DNA of 32,000 bases from Methanocaldococcus jannaschii DSM 2661. GTDB lineage: Archaea > AGJL01 > Methanococci > Methanococcales > Methanocaldococcaceae. A program made the position numbers and the translations under genes. The DNA is taken from assembly GCF_000091665.1 (NCBI RefSeq), contig NC_000909.1, positions 383,581 through 415,580 of the forward strand, given 5' to 3'. Under the pieces are notes generated by a model that ran no database searches, had not been told where the DNA came from, and was given only the letters and a program-made list of their open reading frames with translations. Shown here in pieces: positions 9,654 through 19,321 of this stretch (its first letter is position 1; every line of letters starts with the position of its first letter).

Positions 9654-10697
9654 TAATCTCTTTATAGCATTCCAAACCAAATAACTTTGGGGTTTCAATG
9701 TTCCTTTTTGTGGATTTAAGAATAAAATATTTTTCTTAACTAAAAATTCTCTAATATTCTTAGGTATTTTTATATCTTCAATTTCATAACTATCTTTAAA
9801 TATCTCTAATGCATCAGCTATTTTGTTATAAGACTCTTCGTCCTTCTCCTTAATGTCCTCTAAGAAGTATTTTAGTTTTTGCATTTCATCCCTAAGCATT
9901 TCATCTAAAGTTTCTTTTAAACCTTTAATTTTCAATTTTTTAATTACTTTTATTATCAAAATTGGCTTTCCCCCTACATAGCTATAGATAAGCTCTTTCT
10001 CATCATCAGATAGTTTTTTATTTAGAATTTCCTCAGCTAAGAAATCCATAAACTTTAAAGCTGTCTCTTTATCAAAATCATCCACTAAGATGTAATCTAC
10101 TCTATCCTTTAACATTGCTTCACTATAAACTTGTTCAATAAATAAGCTATCCGAACTTAGGCAAAAAACATGACATAAATGCAATTCTTTAGTTAAATCA
10201 ACAAAATAATTAAAAAGCTCATAAATTAAGAATCCATTAATCTTCATATCACCAATCTTTTGTAACTCATCAATAATAATTATTGGTTGCTTTCCTTCTT
10301 TTTTAATATCCATTAATACGTTAGTTATGTATTTAAAGACATTTTTAGTTGTCTTTTTCTTCAAGATTTCTTCTAATGTATTTTTTGGTGTTGGAATACC
10401 ACATAAAGAAGGAACGTCCTTTATCAAACTCTTTATAATTTCTACTGGCTTTCTATCTTCTTCATACTCTTCAAATAATACTTCAATAAAATCTTTATAT
10501 TTAGAGATAAAAATACCTCTAAGGTTTATATAAAATACAACATACTTATTCTTATCTATCCTATTGTTAATTATTTCGCTAATTAGTGCAGTTTTACCTG
10601 AATTTAATGGACCATAAACAAAATAAACTAAATCCGGATTTCCCTCTAAAATTGACAAAATTTCAGTTATTTCCTTTTCTCTATTAAAAAATCTCAT
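9648..10697 (-). CDS. Archaeal AAA-type ATPase
   Basis: [17 protein letters not shown]...[14 protein letters not shown] (Walker A) ... [11 protein letters not shown] (Walker B). Start chosen at the internal ATG (MRFFNREKE) within ORF 9648..10733. Confidence 0.82.
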   Translation of the reverse strand: MRFFNREKEITEILSILEGNPDLVYFVYGPLNSGKTALISEIINNRIDKNKYVVFYINLRGIFISKYKDFIEVLFEEYEEDRKPVEIIKSLIKDVPSLCGIPTPKNTLEEILKKKTTKNVFKYITNVLMDIKKEGKQPIIIIDELQKIGDMKINGFLIYELFNYFVDLTKELHLCHVFCLSSDSLFIEQVYSEAMLKDRVDYILVDDFDKETALKFMDFLAEEILNKKLSDDEKELIYSYVGGKPILIIKVIKKLKIKGLKETLDEMLRDEMQKLKYFLEDIKEKDEESYNKIADALEIFKDSYEIEDIKIPKNIREFLVKKNILFLNPQKGTLKPQSYLVWNAIKRLL

Positions 10698-10908
10698 AAA
10701 ATCACCATTAATAAAACTATAAATATAATTCAAGGTAAAGTAAAACCTCTACTAAAATTTCAGCTTCAATCGATTTCTTATAAAAACTTCTCTTCAATAA
10801 TTTTTAAAATTTTTGTATTATAAGTTAGTTCTGTCTCATTATTCAAAAACTTCAACTTTAATAAATATCACATTAATAAAACATCTTATAAATATTTTGA
10901 GGGAAAGG

Positions 10909-11712
10909 ATGATTCAAGAAATAAAAAATTTTATCTACAAGTATTATATTGAACCAGCTGAGAAAGGAACTGGCTATAATATAGTTCAAGAAATAACTTA
11001 TGGGATTATTTTAGCTTTAGCTTTGTATTTATTTTATAAAGCTTTGAGAAAGTTAAATATAAACATTGATGAGAAATTTGCAATCCCAGGGATTGTTTTT
11101 ACTGTCTTAATTGCTCTAATGAGGGCTTTGGTTGATTGTGGCTACATAGAGAGAAGTTTTTTAACTATAACTCCAGGCATAGTGTTTTTGATTGGTGGAT
11201 TTTTTATACTAACGATTTTAACTACTGGATTGGTATTTAAAGAGAAGTATTATAAAGCATCTGCAGTTATTGGGTTAATTCTATTGTTGTATTTTTTATT
11301 CGTGTTTTTACAGCATATAACTCATTTGGAAGCAATTTTATACGTTGGAATCTTAGTTGGAATATTTTATTATTTAGTTAAATTTTTAGATAAAACCTTA
11401 AAATTAAATATCATACAGTCAAAGATTGATGATTATGTTGTGATTGGGCAGTTGATTGATGCTTCTGCAACAACTATTGGAATAGGAGTTTATGGTTATT
11501 GGGAACAACATCCAATTCCAAGATTTTTGATGGAAACTTTTGGAGTTTATGCCTTTATTCCTTTTAAGCTCTTAATAATTTTATTAGCTTTATATATTTT
11601 AAATAAAGAAGTTGAGGATGAAAATATAAAGAATATTATAAAACTCTGCATAATGGCTCTTGGATTGGCTCCAGGACTTAGAGACTTGTTTAGGACAGTT
11701 ATGGGTGTATAA
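10909..11712 (+). CDS. DUF63-family multi-pass membrane protein
   Basis: [37 protein letters not shown]... many TM segments. Start chosen at an internal ATG preceded by gagggaaagg. Confidence 0.7.
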
Positions 11713-11852
11713 CGTATTATTCAAATTTCCTTAAAATACTGTGCTAATGTTTATATTAAAAAATACTGTCTGTGGTGTATATTGACACAACCACAACTTA
11801 TATATAGAGAAGCAATAAAAGATTCAGTATTTGAAGTTAGTATTTTATTTTT

Positions 11853-12656
11853 ATGGTGATTAAATTGGAATTTGAATTTTTGTTATTGTTACCTTTACTA
11901 ATTATTGTTGGATTTATAGTGGGGATTTTAGGCAGTTTGTTTGGTATTGGTGGGGGATTTTTAGTAGCTCCAATTTTAACATTTATTTTTGATTATTTTG
12001 GCATTCCAGATGGAGTAAAATTTGCTGTAGGAACATCTTTGTTTGTAGTTTTTATAAATTCGATAATTTCAATCTTTAGGCATGCAAAAATTAAAAATAT
12101 AAATTGGAAGGCATCAATAACAATTGGGATTATTAGCTTGGTTTTTTCTTATTTTAGTGGGTTTTTAGTTGTTAATTTTATTGATTCAGCTATATTGAAA
12201 AAGTTATTTGGAATTTTTTTAATAGCAAATGCAATTTATATGGCTAAATCTCATCATATTGATAAAATCTCAGATAGAGAAGATAAATTGGAACCTTTTA
12301 TTCTCTGTGGAGTTATTACTGGGTTTCTATCTGGATTATTTGGCATTGGTGGAGGAATAGTTATAATTCCAATCTTAGCAATGGCAAAATATCCCGTAAA
12401 AAGAGCTGTCGCAATTTCAGTAGGTGTTATCCCATTAACTTCAATTGGTGGGCTCATATCATATTTAACAGCTAATACAGAGGGCTATATCTACAATATC
12501 GGGTATGTTTCAATTCCAATAGCTTTAATTATGGCTATTCCAATAATCTACTCATCAAAATTGGGGATAAAAATAAATCAAAAGATTTCTCCAAAGCATT
12601 TAAGGATTATGCTCAGTTCTATATTGGGAGTGATGGGATTATTTATGCTTCTTTAA
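11853..12656 (+). CDS. TauE/SafE-family sulfite/anion exporter-like permease
   Basis: Two internally repeated motifs LGSLFGIGGGFLVAPIL and LSGLFGIGGGIVIIPIL; hydrophobic. Confidence 0.87.
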   Translation: MVIKLEFEFLLLLPLLIIVGFIVGILGSLFGIGGGFLVAPILTFIFDYFGIPDGVKFAVGTSLFVVFINSIISIFRHAKIKNINWKASITIGIISLVFSYFSGFLVVNFIDSAILKKLFGIFLIANAIYMAKSHHIDKISDREDKLEPFILCGVITGFLSGLFGIGGGIVIIPILAMAKYPVKRAVAISVGVIPLTSIGGLISYLTANTEGYIYNIGYVSIPIALIMAIPIIYSSKLGIKINQKISPKHLRIMLSSILGVMGLFMLL

Positions 12657-12751
12657 TAGGACTTTCGCAGTTTATATATTTTATTAAGGTAATTTGATGC
12701 CCAAAGGCATCTTCATTTAAATAAAACATTTATCCCTGCGAAAGTCCTATT
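12655..12751. repeat. Palindromic intergenic element, copy 2 (best preserved)
   Basis: Perfect 16-bp terminal inverted repeat aataggactttcgcag (12655-12670) / ctgcgaaagtcctatt (12736-12751); central hairpin gatgcc-caaa-ggcatc (12696-12711). Confidence 0.9.
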
Positions 12752-13412
12752 TAACCTCTTTAACACTCTTTTCAATAAACTCTAAAACCTTATCAAACCC
12801 TTCCATTGTTTTTAAACTTAATAAAACAACTTCTGCATCTGGATTTATTCTTTTAGCATCATTCTCCATCTTTTTTATGTCAGCTCCAACGGCATCTGCT
12901 AAATCAATCTTATTGATAACTATTAAATCCGCTGTTTTCATAATGCCAGGGTGTTTTTCTATCGTATCATCCCCTTCAGTTGTTGAAATCACAACAATCC
13001 TTTTATGAGTCCCTAAATCAAAATCAGCTGGGCAGATTAAATTTCCAACGTTCTCTATAAACAGTAAATCAATTTCATCTAAGTTTAAATCCTCCAAGGC
13101 ATGCCCTACTAAGTGAGCATCTAAATGGCATTCTTTACCCGTATTTAAAGGCACTACCTTAGCCCCATGCTTCTCCATTCTCTCAGCATCAAACTTTGCT
13201 ATAACATCTCCAGCAATGCAGGCTATTTTATACTTATCTTTTAAATTATCAATCAACTTTTCAATTAGTAGGGTTTTTCCACTACCAATAGCTCCCATGA
13301 AGTCAAATGCAACAACACCATGTTTATTTAAGAGCTTTCTGTTTTTATCAGCCAATCTTTTATTTGCTTTTAATATATCTTTGGCAATGTCTAAAACTCC
13401 TACTAAGTGCAT
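12747..13412 (-). CDS. hypB: Hydrogenase nickel incorporation GTPase HypB
   Basis: MGAIGSGKTLLIEKL (P-loop), GDVIAKFDAERM, HLDAHLVGHAL, IENVGNLICPADFDLG, VINKIDLADAVG. Confidence 0.96.
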   Translation of the reverse strand: MHLVGVLDIAKDILKANKRLADKNRKLLNKHGVVAFDFMGAIGSGKTLLIEKLIDNLKDKYKIACIAGDVIAKFDAERMEKHGAKVVPLNTGKECHLDAHLVGHALEDLNLDEIDLLFIENVGNLICPADFDLGTHKRIVVISTTEGDDTIEKHPGIMKTADLIVINKIDLADAVGADIKKMENDAKRINPDAEVVLLSLKTMEGFDKVLEFIEKSVKEVK

Positions 13413-13426
13413 ATTTCATCACCAAT

Positions 13427-14098
13427 TTATTCTTCATCCTCTATTTCATCTTCATCTTCTTCAATCTCTATCTCTTCATAATTGGGATTCATCTTCTCAT
13501 ATAACTCATCAACATCACTCTTTTTCTTCCATAACTCAAATCTTGCCCTTTTAATCTTCTGTCTTTCCCTCTCTAAGAATTTATATGTCTTTGCATGGGA
13601 TGCTCCTCTTAAGAGCATCTCAACAGCCTCTTTAGCTATCTGAACTGGCTCATGCTCTCCAACTATTGCTACAGTGTTTCCATAAACAGAGACGTTAGCT
13701 CCAGTTAAGCTCTCTATGTATCTTCTTGACTTTCCTTCTTTACCAATAACTCTTCCTTTCAATCTCCTTATGCTGTTATCAGAACTTGCATAGTCCTCAA
13801 TATCTATAACTTCCAAAACATACTCATCACTAACCAATTTTAGAGCAATTTCTGGATTAAATCCCCTACCAATAGCTCTAACTATATCCCTTGCCTTCCA
13901 AACAGCTAAGGGGTCTTTCTGCTTATCTGTTCCATAGATGGTTACTGTTCCATCGGCATCAATCTCCAACTTAACTCCAAGCTCTTTTTCAATGGTTTTT
14001 TTAACATTTCCCTTTTTTCCTATTAAAACTCCTACTCTATCCTTTGGAATCTTTAAAATCTCAATGCTCTTATCTTGTCCAATATTTCCAAAAACCAT
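13427..14098 (-). CDS. KH-domain RNA-processing protein (archaeal PNO1/Dim2-like)
   Basis: ILKIPKDRVGVLIGKKGNVKKTIEKELGVKLEID... and RLKGRVIGKEGKSRRYIESLTGANVSVYG; acidic C-tail. Confidence 0.88.
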   Translation of the reverse strand: MVFGNIGQDKSIEILKIPKDRVGVLIGKKGNVKKTIEKELGVKLEIDADGTVTIYGTDKQKDPLAVWKARDIVRAIGRGFNPEIALKLVSDEYVLEVIDIEDYASSDNSIRRLKGRVIGKEGKSRRYIESLTGANVSVYGNTVAIVGEHEPVQIAKEAVEMLLRGASHAKTYKFLERERQKIKRARFELWKKKSDVDELYEKMNPNYEEIEIEEDEDEIEDEE

Positions 14099-14153
14099 AA
14101 TTATCACCATATAAAAACCATATAAAATAAAAATTAGAAATAAGAATTCTAAT

Positions 14154-15008
14154 TTACAATTGCTTAATCATCGCTTCATCAATTGGGTCTATCTCTTTTC
14201 CAGTTATATATTTGTATAAATCTTTGTAATTGCAATCAACCCTTTTCCTTCTAAAGAAATTGCATATATTTATGCAATCTCTAATAAGTAAGGGATGAGC
14301 TAAAGGATGTTGGGTTATAACGCTCTGAGAAAAATCAATAAATACTGGCTCATCATCTTTAACCAATATGTTGTATTCACTCAAATCTCCATGAACTAAC
14401 TCTCCTTCTTCATAAAGCTTTTTCATACTCTCTTTTATAATTTTAAAATATTTCTCCCAATCTAAATCTTGCATATCTTTAAGTTTTGGAGCTGGAATTC
14501 CTCTATAACCAACAAAATCCATAACTAAGACATTTTCTCTTCTTAATCTTGCCTTTGGGGCATTTATAATTTCAGAAGCCCTTCTTAGATTTCTAAATTC
14601 CTTCTCAACCCATGCATGAATAATTTGCCTTCTACTACTCTTCCTTAAATGAAATCTTGGGTCTCCTTGGATATATTTACTCATAGTTTTAAAATCACAA
14701 GTGGCTACCCTATAAACCTTAACTGCTCTGTAAAACTTTCCCTTTCGTGCTTTAAATACTACTGCCTCTTTTCCAGAATTAACTATCCCTATATATTCAG
14801 TTAAATGCTTTCCAGCTAATAGACTAAATAAAGTCATTAAGGTTCTTTTATCAAAAACTTCGTTAGCGGTCTTTAAATCTTCTAAAAACTTCCTCTCTTT
14901 CTCTAAAATTTCTTTTTGATATTCTCTATCCAATTGAAACTCTTCTTTTTCACTAAGCAATTTATTTAACTCATAGAGTTCATCATCAATATTTTTAGCT
15001 ATAGGCAT
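14154..15008 (-). CDS. rio1: RIO1-type serine/threonine protein kinase
   Basis: STGxxA-like loop 'GIVNSGKEAVVF', YRVATCDFKTMSKYI, LVHGDLSEYNILV, VFIDFSQSV. Start chosen at MPIAKN. Confidence 0.93.
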   Translation of the reverse strand: MPIAKNIDDELYELNKLLSEKEEFQLDREYQKEILEKERKFLEDLKTANEVFDKRTLMTLFSLLAGKHLTEYIGIVNSGKEAVVFKARKGKFYRAVKVYRVATCDFKTMSKYIQGDPRFHLRKSSRRQIIHAWVEKEFRNLRRASEIINAPKARLRRENVLVMDFVGYRGIPAPKLKDMQDLDWEKYFKIIKESMKKLYEEGELVHGDLSEYNILVKDDEPVFIDFSQSVITQHPLAHPLLIRDCINICNFFRRKRVDCNYKDLYKYITGKEIDPIDEAMIKQL

Positions 15009-15044
15009 CACCTTATAACAACTCACCTAAATAACCTTTTCTTT

Positions 15045-15070
15045 CCATAGGGGGCTTCGCCCCCTATTGG
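15045..15070. other. GC-rich perfect-stem hairpin (ccatagggggc-ttc-gccccctattgg)
   Basis: 9-bp perfect stem atagggggc/gccccctat around a 3-nt loop (extends by CC/GG with one bulged t) in otherwise AT-rich sequence. Confidence 0.8.
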
Positions 15071-15166
15071 CACAGAACTTTCACAGGAAAGTATCCTTAT
15101 TGATATGGACGCCTAAAAGGCGTCAAAGTTCCAAACTGAATATTATAAAGCTGTGAAAGTTCTGTG
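15071..15166. repeat. Palindromic intergenic element, copy 3 (same architecture, diverged ends)
   Basis: Perfect 16-bp inverted repeat cacagaactttcacag (15071-15086) / ctgtgaaagttctgtg (15151-15166); central hairpin gacgcc-taaaa-ggcgtc (15108-15124). Confidence 0.85.
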
Positions 15167-15188
15167 GATATACCCCCAAATTTAATTT

Positions 15189-15295
15189 ACACCTCCGAGC
15201 GTAGCAAGGAGGTGTTAGCTTTGATGAAACCGAAGCGTAGCTTCGGGCTATGAAAACTCTTTAAGAGTTTTCATGTAACTTTCTTAAAGTTTCAT
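15189..15295. other. Array of four consecutive hairpins enclosed by a short outer stem
   Basis: acacctcc/ggaggtgt (15189-15196/15208-15215); ccgaagc-gta-gcttcgg (15230-15246); atgaaaactct-tta-agagttttcat (15250-15274); aacttt-ctt... aaagtt (15277-15291); outer atgaaac (15224-15230) / gtttcat (15289-15295). Confidence 0.8.
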
Positions 15296-15600
15296 AGTAA
15301 CTCATCTAAATAACCTTTTCTTTTAAGCCATTCAACTTGTGTTTTTGTGTATCTCCAAATGATATCACACTTCTGGTCTCCTTGAACTTCCCATGGTTTT
15401 ACAATAACTACATCTCCTTCTCTAACCCAAATTCTATTCTTTAATCTGCCAGGGATTCTTCCCAATCTTGTTTTTCCGTCTAAGCATCTAACTCTAACCC
15501 TACTTGCTCCCAACATCTGCTCTATAATCCCCAAAATCTCATTCTCTTCTTTTCTTGGAATTCTTACTCTAATTTGCTGTTCTTGTTGCTGTTCAGCCAT
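15292..15600 (-). CDS. eif1A: Translation initiation factor aIF1A
   Basis: 102 aa; [47 protein letters not shown]. Confidence 0.95.
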
Positions 15601-15695
15601 TTTATCACCTTTTTTTTATTTTTAATATTTTTATTTTGTGTTTGTTGATATTAATAGTTTTGTTATCCTATCAAAATTTCAAAATTGAGTGTTTT

Positions 15696-15791
15696 AATAG
15701 GTCTTACGCAGTAATAAATCTTTTCTATTGAATATTGGTGCCTTTGGTATCTAAATTCCAAATGTCCAATATAAAGTGCTTAAGTCCTATT
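15696..15791. repeat. Degenerate copy 5 of the palindromic intergenic element
   Basis: aataggtcttacgca (15696-15710) vs reverse complement of tgcttaagtcctatt (15777-15791): 13/15 matches; central ggtgcc-ttt-ggtatc (15737-15751), pairing with G-U wobbles. Confidence 0.55.
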
Positions 15792-15920
15792 TAATAAACC
15801 TTAGATTTTTGTGTCTATGGGTTTGTAATATCTACTTTATATACTCTCACTATATATATGTGTTGATTGACAATAAAATTTAGTGTTATTTAAATTTCTT
15901 CAATATTAAAGGTGGATAGG

Positions 15921-16997
15921 ATGATAAGTAGAGAGGAGGCAATTAATTTCCTTAACTCAACGTCTTCTAAGGATATATTAGATAAATTAGCTCAAATCAA
16001 TAATACATTTAAGAGAGAATATATAACTTACTCAAAAAACGTCTTTATACCTTTATCAAAGTGGTGCAGAAATAAGTGCGGATACTGCATCTTTAGAGAA
16101 GATAAGCCAAGTTTAATGAAGCCGAATGAAGTTAAAGAGATTTTATTAAAGGGAGATAGATTAGGATGTAGAGAGGCGTTATTTACATTTGGGGAACACG
16201 TAGATGAAAATAAAGAGATTAAAGAACAATTAAAATCAATGGGTTATGATAATATATTAGAATATCTCTACGATTTAGAGGAATGGACATTGAATAACAC
16301 TTCTCTCCTTCCACATACAAATTGTGGAATCTTAAATTATGATGAGTTAAAGATGCTTAAAGATGTCAATGCATCTATGGGTTTGATGTTGGAAAATGCT
16401 TCAGAGAGGTTAATGAATACAATTGCCCACAAACACAGCCCTGGAAAGCATCCAAAGTTAAGGATAGAGATGATTGAAAATGCTGGAAAGTTAAAGATTC
16501 CATTCACAACTGGTTTATTAATTGGTATTGGAGAGACAAATGAGGAAATTGTTGATTCACTATTTAAAATAAAAGAAATTCATGAAAAGTATGGGCATAT
16601 ACAGGAAGTTATAATCCAAAACTTTAGAGCTAAGAAAGGCATTCCAATGGAGAATTTTAAAGAGCCATCACCAATAAAGATGTTAAAGGTTATTATTTTA
16701 GCAAAGTTGATTTTAGATGATATTTCAATCCAAATTCCTCCAAATTTAAATAGAGAGACGGGGCAGTTGTTTTTATTGGCAGGGGTTGATGATTGGGGAG
16801 GAGTTTCTCCACTAACAAGGGACTACGTTAATCCAGAGGCAGAGTGGCCAGAAATAAAGGAGTTGAGGGAATGGACTGAGGAGTTAGGGTTAAAGTTAAA
16901 GATGAGATTGCCAGTTTATGATAAATACATAAGTGAAGAGTGGTTAAGTGAAAAAGTTTATAATAAGATTATTGAGATGGGATGGTTAAAGGAATAG
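15921..16997 (+). CDS. cofG: FO synthase subunit 1 (7,8-didemethyl-8-hydroxy-5-deazariboflavin synthase), radical SAM
   Basis: Radical SAM motif [12 protein letters not shown]; [16 protein letters not shown]; [21 protein letters not shown]. Confidence 0.95.
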   Translation: MISREEAINFLNSTSSKDILDKLAQINNTFKREYITYSKNVFIPLSKWCRNKCGYCIFREDKPSLMKPNEVKEILLKGDRLGCREALFTFGEHVDENKEIKEQLKSMGYDNILEYLYDLEEWTLNNTSLLPHTNCGILNYDELKMLKDVNASMGLMLENASERLMNTIAHKHSPGKHPKLRIEMIENAGKLKIPFTTGLLIGIGETNEEIVDSLFKIKEIHEKYGHIQEVIIQNFRAKKGIPMENFKEPSPIKMLKVIILAKLILDDISIQIPPNLNRETGQLFLLAGVDDWGGVSPLTRDYVNPEAEWPEIKELREWTEELGLKLKMRLPVYDKYISEEWLSEKVYNKIIEMGWLKE

Positions 16998-17454
16998 CGT
17001 CCTCTATTATTGATATCTGCTTTTTTAAGATATTCTCATATCTATTTTTTAATATTTGTAGGGCCTTATAGGCAGATTTTCCATCTAAATATACAACTTC
17101 CTCTTTTCCCCTTTCCATATACTTAACATAAGCTATGTTCTCATCAAAACTTATTGTTAAAGATATGAACTTATTTGAACTTAAAATATCCTTTAACATT
17201 TCTTCATAAACGTTATTTCCACAGAATAGATTTAATTTGGCTATTTCTTTTATATCTTTATCTTCAATAAGCTGTTTTATTTTTTCATATTCACAGATGA
17301 TTATTTCTAAGTTATCTACCAATTCCTTAAAGCTCTCAGCCCTTTCAATTAAACAAACAAATCTGATTTCAATTTTTCCTTTTCCTTTCCATCTCCATTC
17401 TCTATTTTTCCATTCATTGATTTTTTGTTTAATTTCTTTAATATTGAGATTCAT
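16969..17454 (-). CDS. Hypothetical protein, 3' end overlaps cofG convergently
   Basis: 161 aa ORF with Lys/Glu/Ile-rich codon usage typical of neighbouring genes; no recognised domain. Confidence 0.6.
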   Translation of the reverse strand: MNLNIKEIKQKINEWKNREWRWKGKGKIEIRFVCLIERAESFKELVDNLEIIICEYEKIKQLIEDKDIKEIAKLNLFCGNNVYEEMLKDILSSNKFISLTISFDENIAYVKYMERGKEEVVYLDGKSAYKALQILKNRYENILKKQISIIEDAIPLTIPSQ

Positions 17455-17584
17455 AAATATTCACCAATTTTTAATCTATAACAAAATATTTATTTGATGA
17501 TTAACTAATTTATCCTCAAATGCGGGAAAATATAAATCTGATGCTACACAAACATAACTGCTATAAAAAATATTTGGTGACATC

Positions 17585-18355
17585 ATGATTAAAATATTGG
17601 TAGATAACACTGCCTATAAAAAATTTTTTGCTCAACATGGATTTTCAGCTTTGATAGAAATAAATAATAAGAGAATTTTATTTGATGCTGGACAAAACTC
17701 AATAACTTTGAGAGAGAATTTGAGATTATTTAATGAAAAAGAAGGATTTGATTATATTGTCTTATCTCATGGACATTACGACCACTGCGATGGTTTAAAA
17801 TATGTTATAGAGAACGATTTAATCAATGGGAAAGTTATAGCTCACAAAGATGCATTCTTAGACAAATACGCTGGCAATAGATACATAGGGATTGACGAAG
17901 AAATAAAAGAATATTTGTTAAAAAAAGCTGATTTAGAGATTATTGAAGAGCCGTATAAAATAGATAAAGATATTATTGTCTCTGGATATGTTCCAAGAGA
18001 ATATGAATATGAGATGGAAGAGTTTCAGTGTATTAAAGATGGAAAGAGAGTAAAAGATGAGGTAAATGATGACATGTTCTTAATAGCTAAAGGAATTTTA
18101 ATTACTGGCTGTTCTCATAGTGGAATTATAAATGTAGTTGAATATGGGAAAAAATTAAGTGAAATTAAAGGAGTTTTGGGAGGTTTTCATTTAGTAGGGG
18201 TTTCAGATAACTATTTAAATAGGATTGTTGATTATTTCAAATCTCAAGATTTTTGGATTATGCCTATGCACTGCACTGGATTCAAAGCTTTAACAAAATT
18301 ATCTCAATTAAATAACTTTGTTTATGGGCATGTGGGGAAGATAATTGGGATTTAG
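17585..18355 (+). CDS. Metallo-beta-lactamase-fold hydrolase
   Basis: LSHGHYDHCDG (HxHxDH-like variant), LFDAGQN, TGCSHSGIINVVEY, MHCTGF. Confidence 0.88.
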   Translation: MIKILVDNTAYKKFFAQHGFSALIEINNKRILFDAGQNSITLRENLRLFNEKEGFDYIVLSHGHYDHCDGLKYVIENDLINGKVIAHKDAFLDKYAGNRYIGIDEEIKEYLLKKADLEIIEEPYKIDKDIIVSGYVPREYEYEMEEFQCIKDGKRVKDEVNDDMFLIAKGILITGCSHSGIINVVEYGKKLSEIKGVLGGFHLVGVSDNYLNRIVDYFKSQDFWIMPMHCTGFKALTKLSQLNNFVYGHVGKIIGI

Positions 18356-18364
18356 GGGCTGATT

Positions 18365-19216
18365 ATGAGAGAGGTAGAAAAGCCATTGATTTTGAGTATT
18401 GTTGGAAATATATTGTTGGGATTGATAAAAATAATAATTGGATATGTTTATTCAAGTATATCTTTAATTTCTGATGGAATACACTCTTTATCGGATGTTA
18501 TAACAAGTATTATTGGGATTATTGGAGTAAAAATTGCATCAAAACCACCGGATGAATCTCATCCCTATGGGCACTCAAGATTTGAATGCCTTTTTTCTTT
18601 TTTTATTGGTTTAGCTTTATTTTTCACAGCCTACGAGATTGGAAAGTTTGCAGTAGAGAGGATTATTTATGGGGAAGTAATTGAGGTAAATGCCATAATG
18701 GTTGGAGTTGCTATCTTATCAATAGTTGTTAAAGAGTTAATGACGAGATATTCCTTATTTGTCGGAAAAAAATTAAATAGCCAAGTTTTAATTGCAGATG
18801 CCTATCATCATAGAAGTGACGCTCTAAGCAGTGTTGTAGTTTTAGTTGGGTTGTTGTTACAAAAGTTTGGTATCTACTATGGGGATGCTATAGCTGGGAT
18901 AATTGTGGCTTTGATGATTGCAAAGGTAGCCTTTGATATATGTCTGACCAATATAGATTACTTAACTGGAAGGGCTCCACCTAAAAAATTCTTTGAACTC
19001 ATTGAAAAGGAAGCTTTGAATGTAGATAAGGTTATTGGAGTGCATGATATAAAAGCTCACTATGTTGGACCAAGAATCCATGTTGAATTACATGTTGAAG
19101 TTCCATCAAATATTTCAGCAAAAGAGATGCACGATATTGAAGTTGCAGTTAAAAATAGATTAGAAAGTTTGGAAAATGTCGAGAGGGCCTATGTTCATGT
19201 GGATATAGTAGATTAG
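18365..19216 (+). CDS. Cation diffusion facilitator (CDF) family transporter
   Basis: SLISDGIHSLSDVITSIIGI, HPYGHSRFE, LIADAYHHRSDALSSVVVLVG; cytoplasmic C-terminal domain. Confidence 0.92.
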   Translation: MREVEKPLILSIVGNILLGLIKIIIGYVYSSISLISDGIHSLSDVITSIIGIIGVKIASKPPDESHPYGHSRFECLFSFFIGLALFFTAYEIGKFAVERIIYGEVIEVNAIMVGVAILSIVVKELMTRYSLFVGKKLNSQVLIADAYHHRSDALSSVVVLVGLLLQKFGIYYGDAIAGIIVALMIAKVAFDICLTNIDYLTGRAPPKKFFELIEKEALNVDKVIGVHDIKAHYVGPRIHVELHVEVPSNISAKEMHDIEVAVKNRLESLENVERAYVHVDIVD

Positions 19217-19295
19217 TTAGTTTTTTAATAAGTTTTTAGATATTTTAAAAATATTAAATTGAAATATTTAAAATAATAAATTAATTTTTCTAAAA

Positions 19296-19321
19296 TAAAA
19301 TTATGGTGGGCTCGGGGAGAT
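19296..19321 (-). pseudogene. Truncated duplicate of the tRNA-Val 3' end plus its downstream flank
   Basis: 26-bp perfect direct repeat (taaaattatggtgggctcggggagat) of 19380-19405, offset 84 bp. Contains the last 18 nt of the tRNA gene including CCA. Confidence 0.75.

Noticed and set aside
11713-11852. Repeated aaaatactgt and gtggtgt/acaaccac in the gap before the TauE/SafE-like gene
   Set aside because: Short, imperfect and in AT-rich sequence; not distinguishable from chance by eye.
19297-19321. Possible second tRNA gene
   Set aside because: Only the last 18 nt of a tRNA plus flank are present; no D-arm, anticodon arm or 5' acceptor strand, so it is listed as a truncated duplicate.
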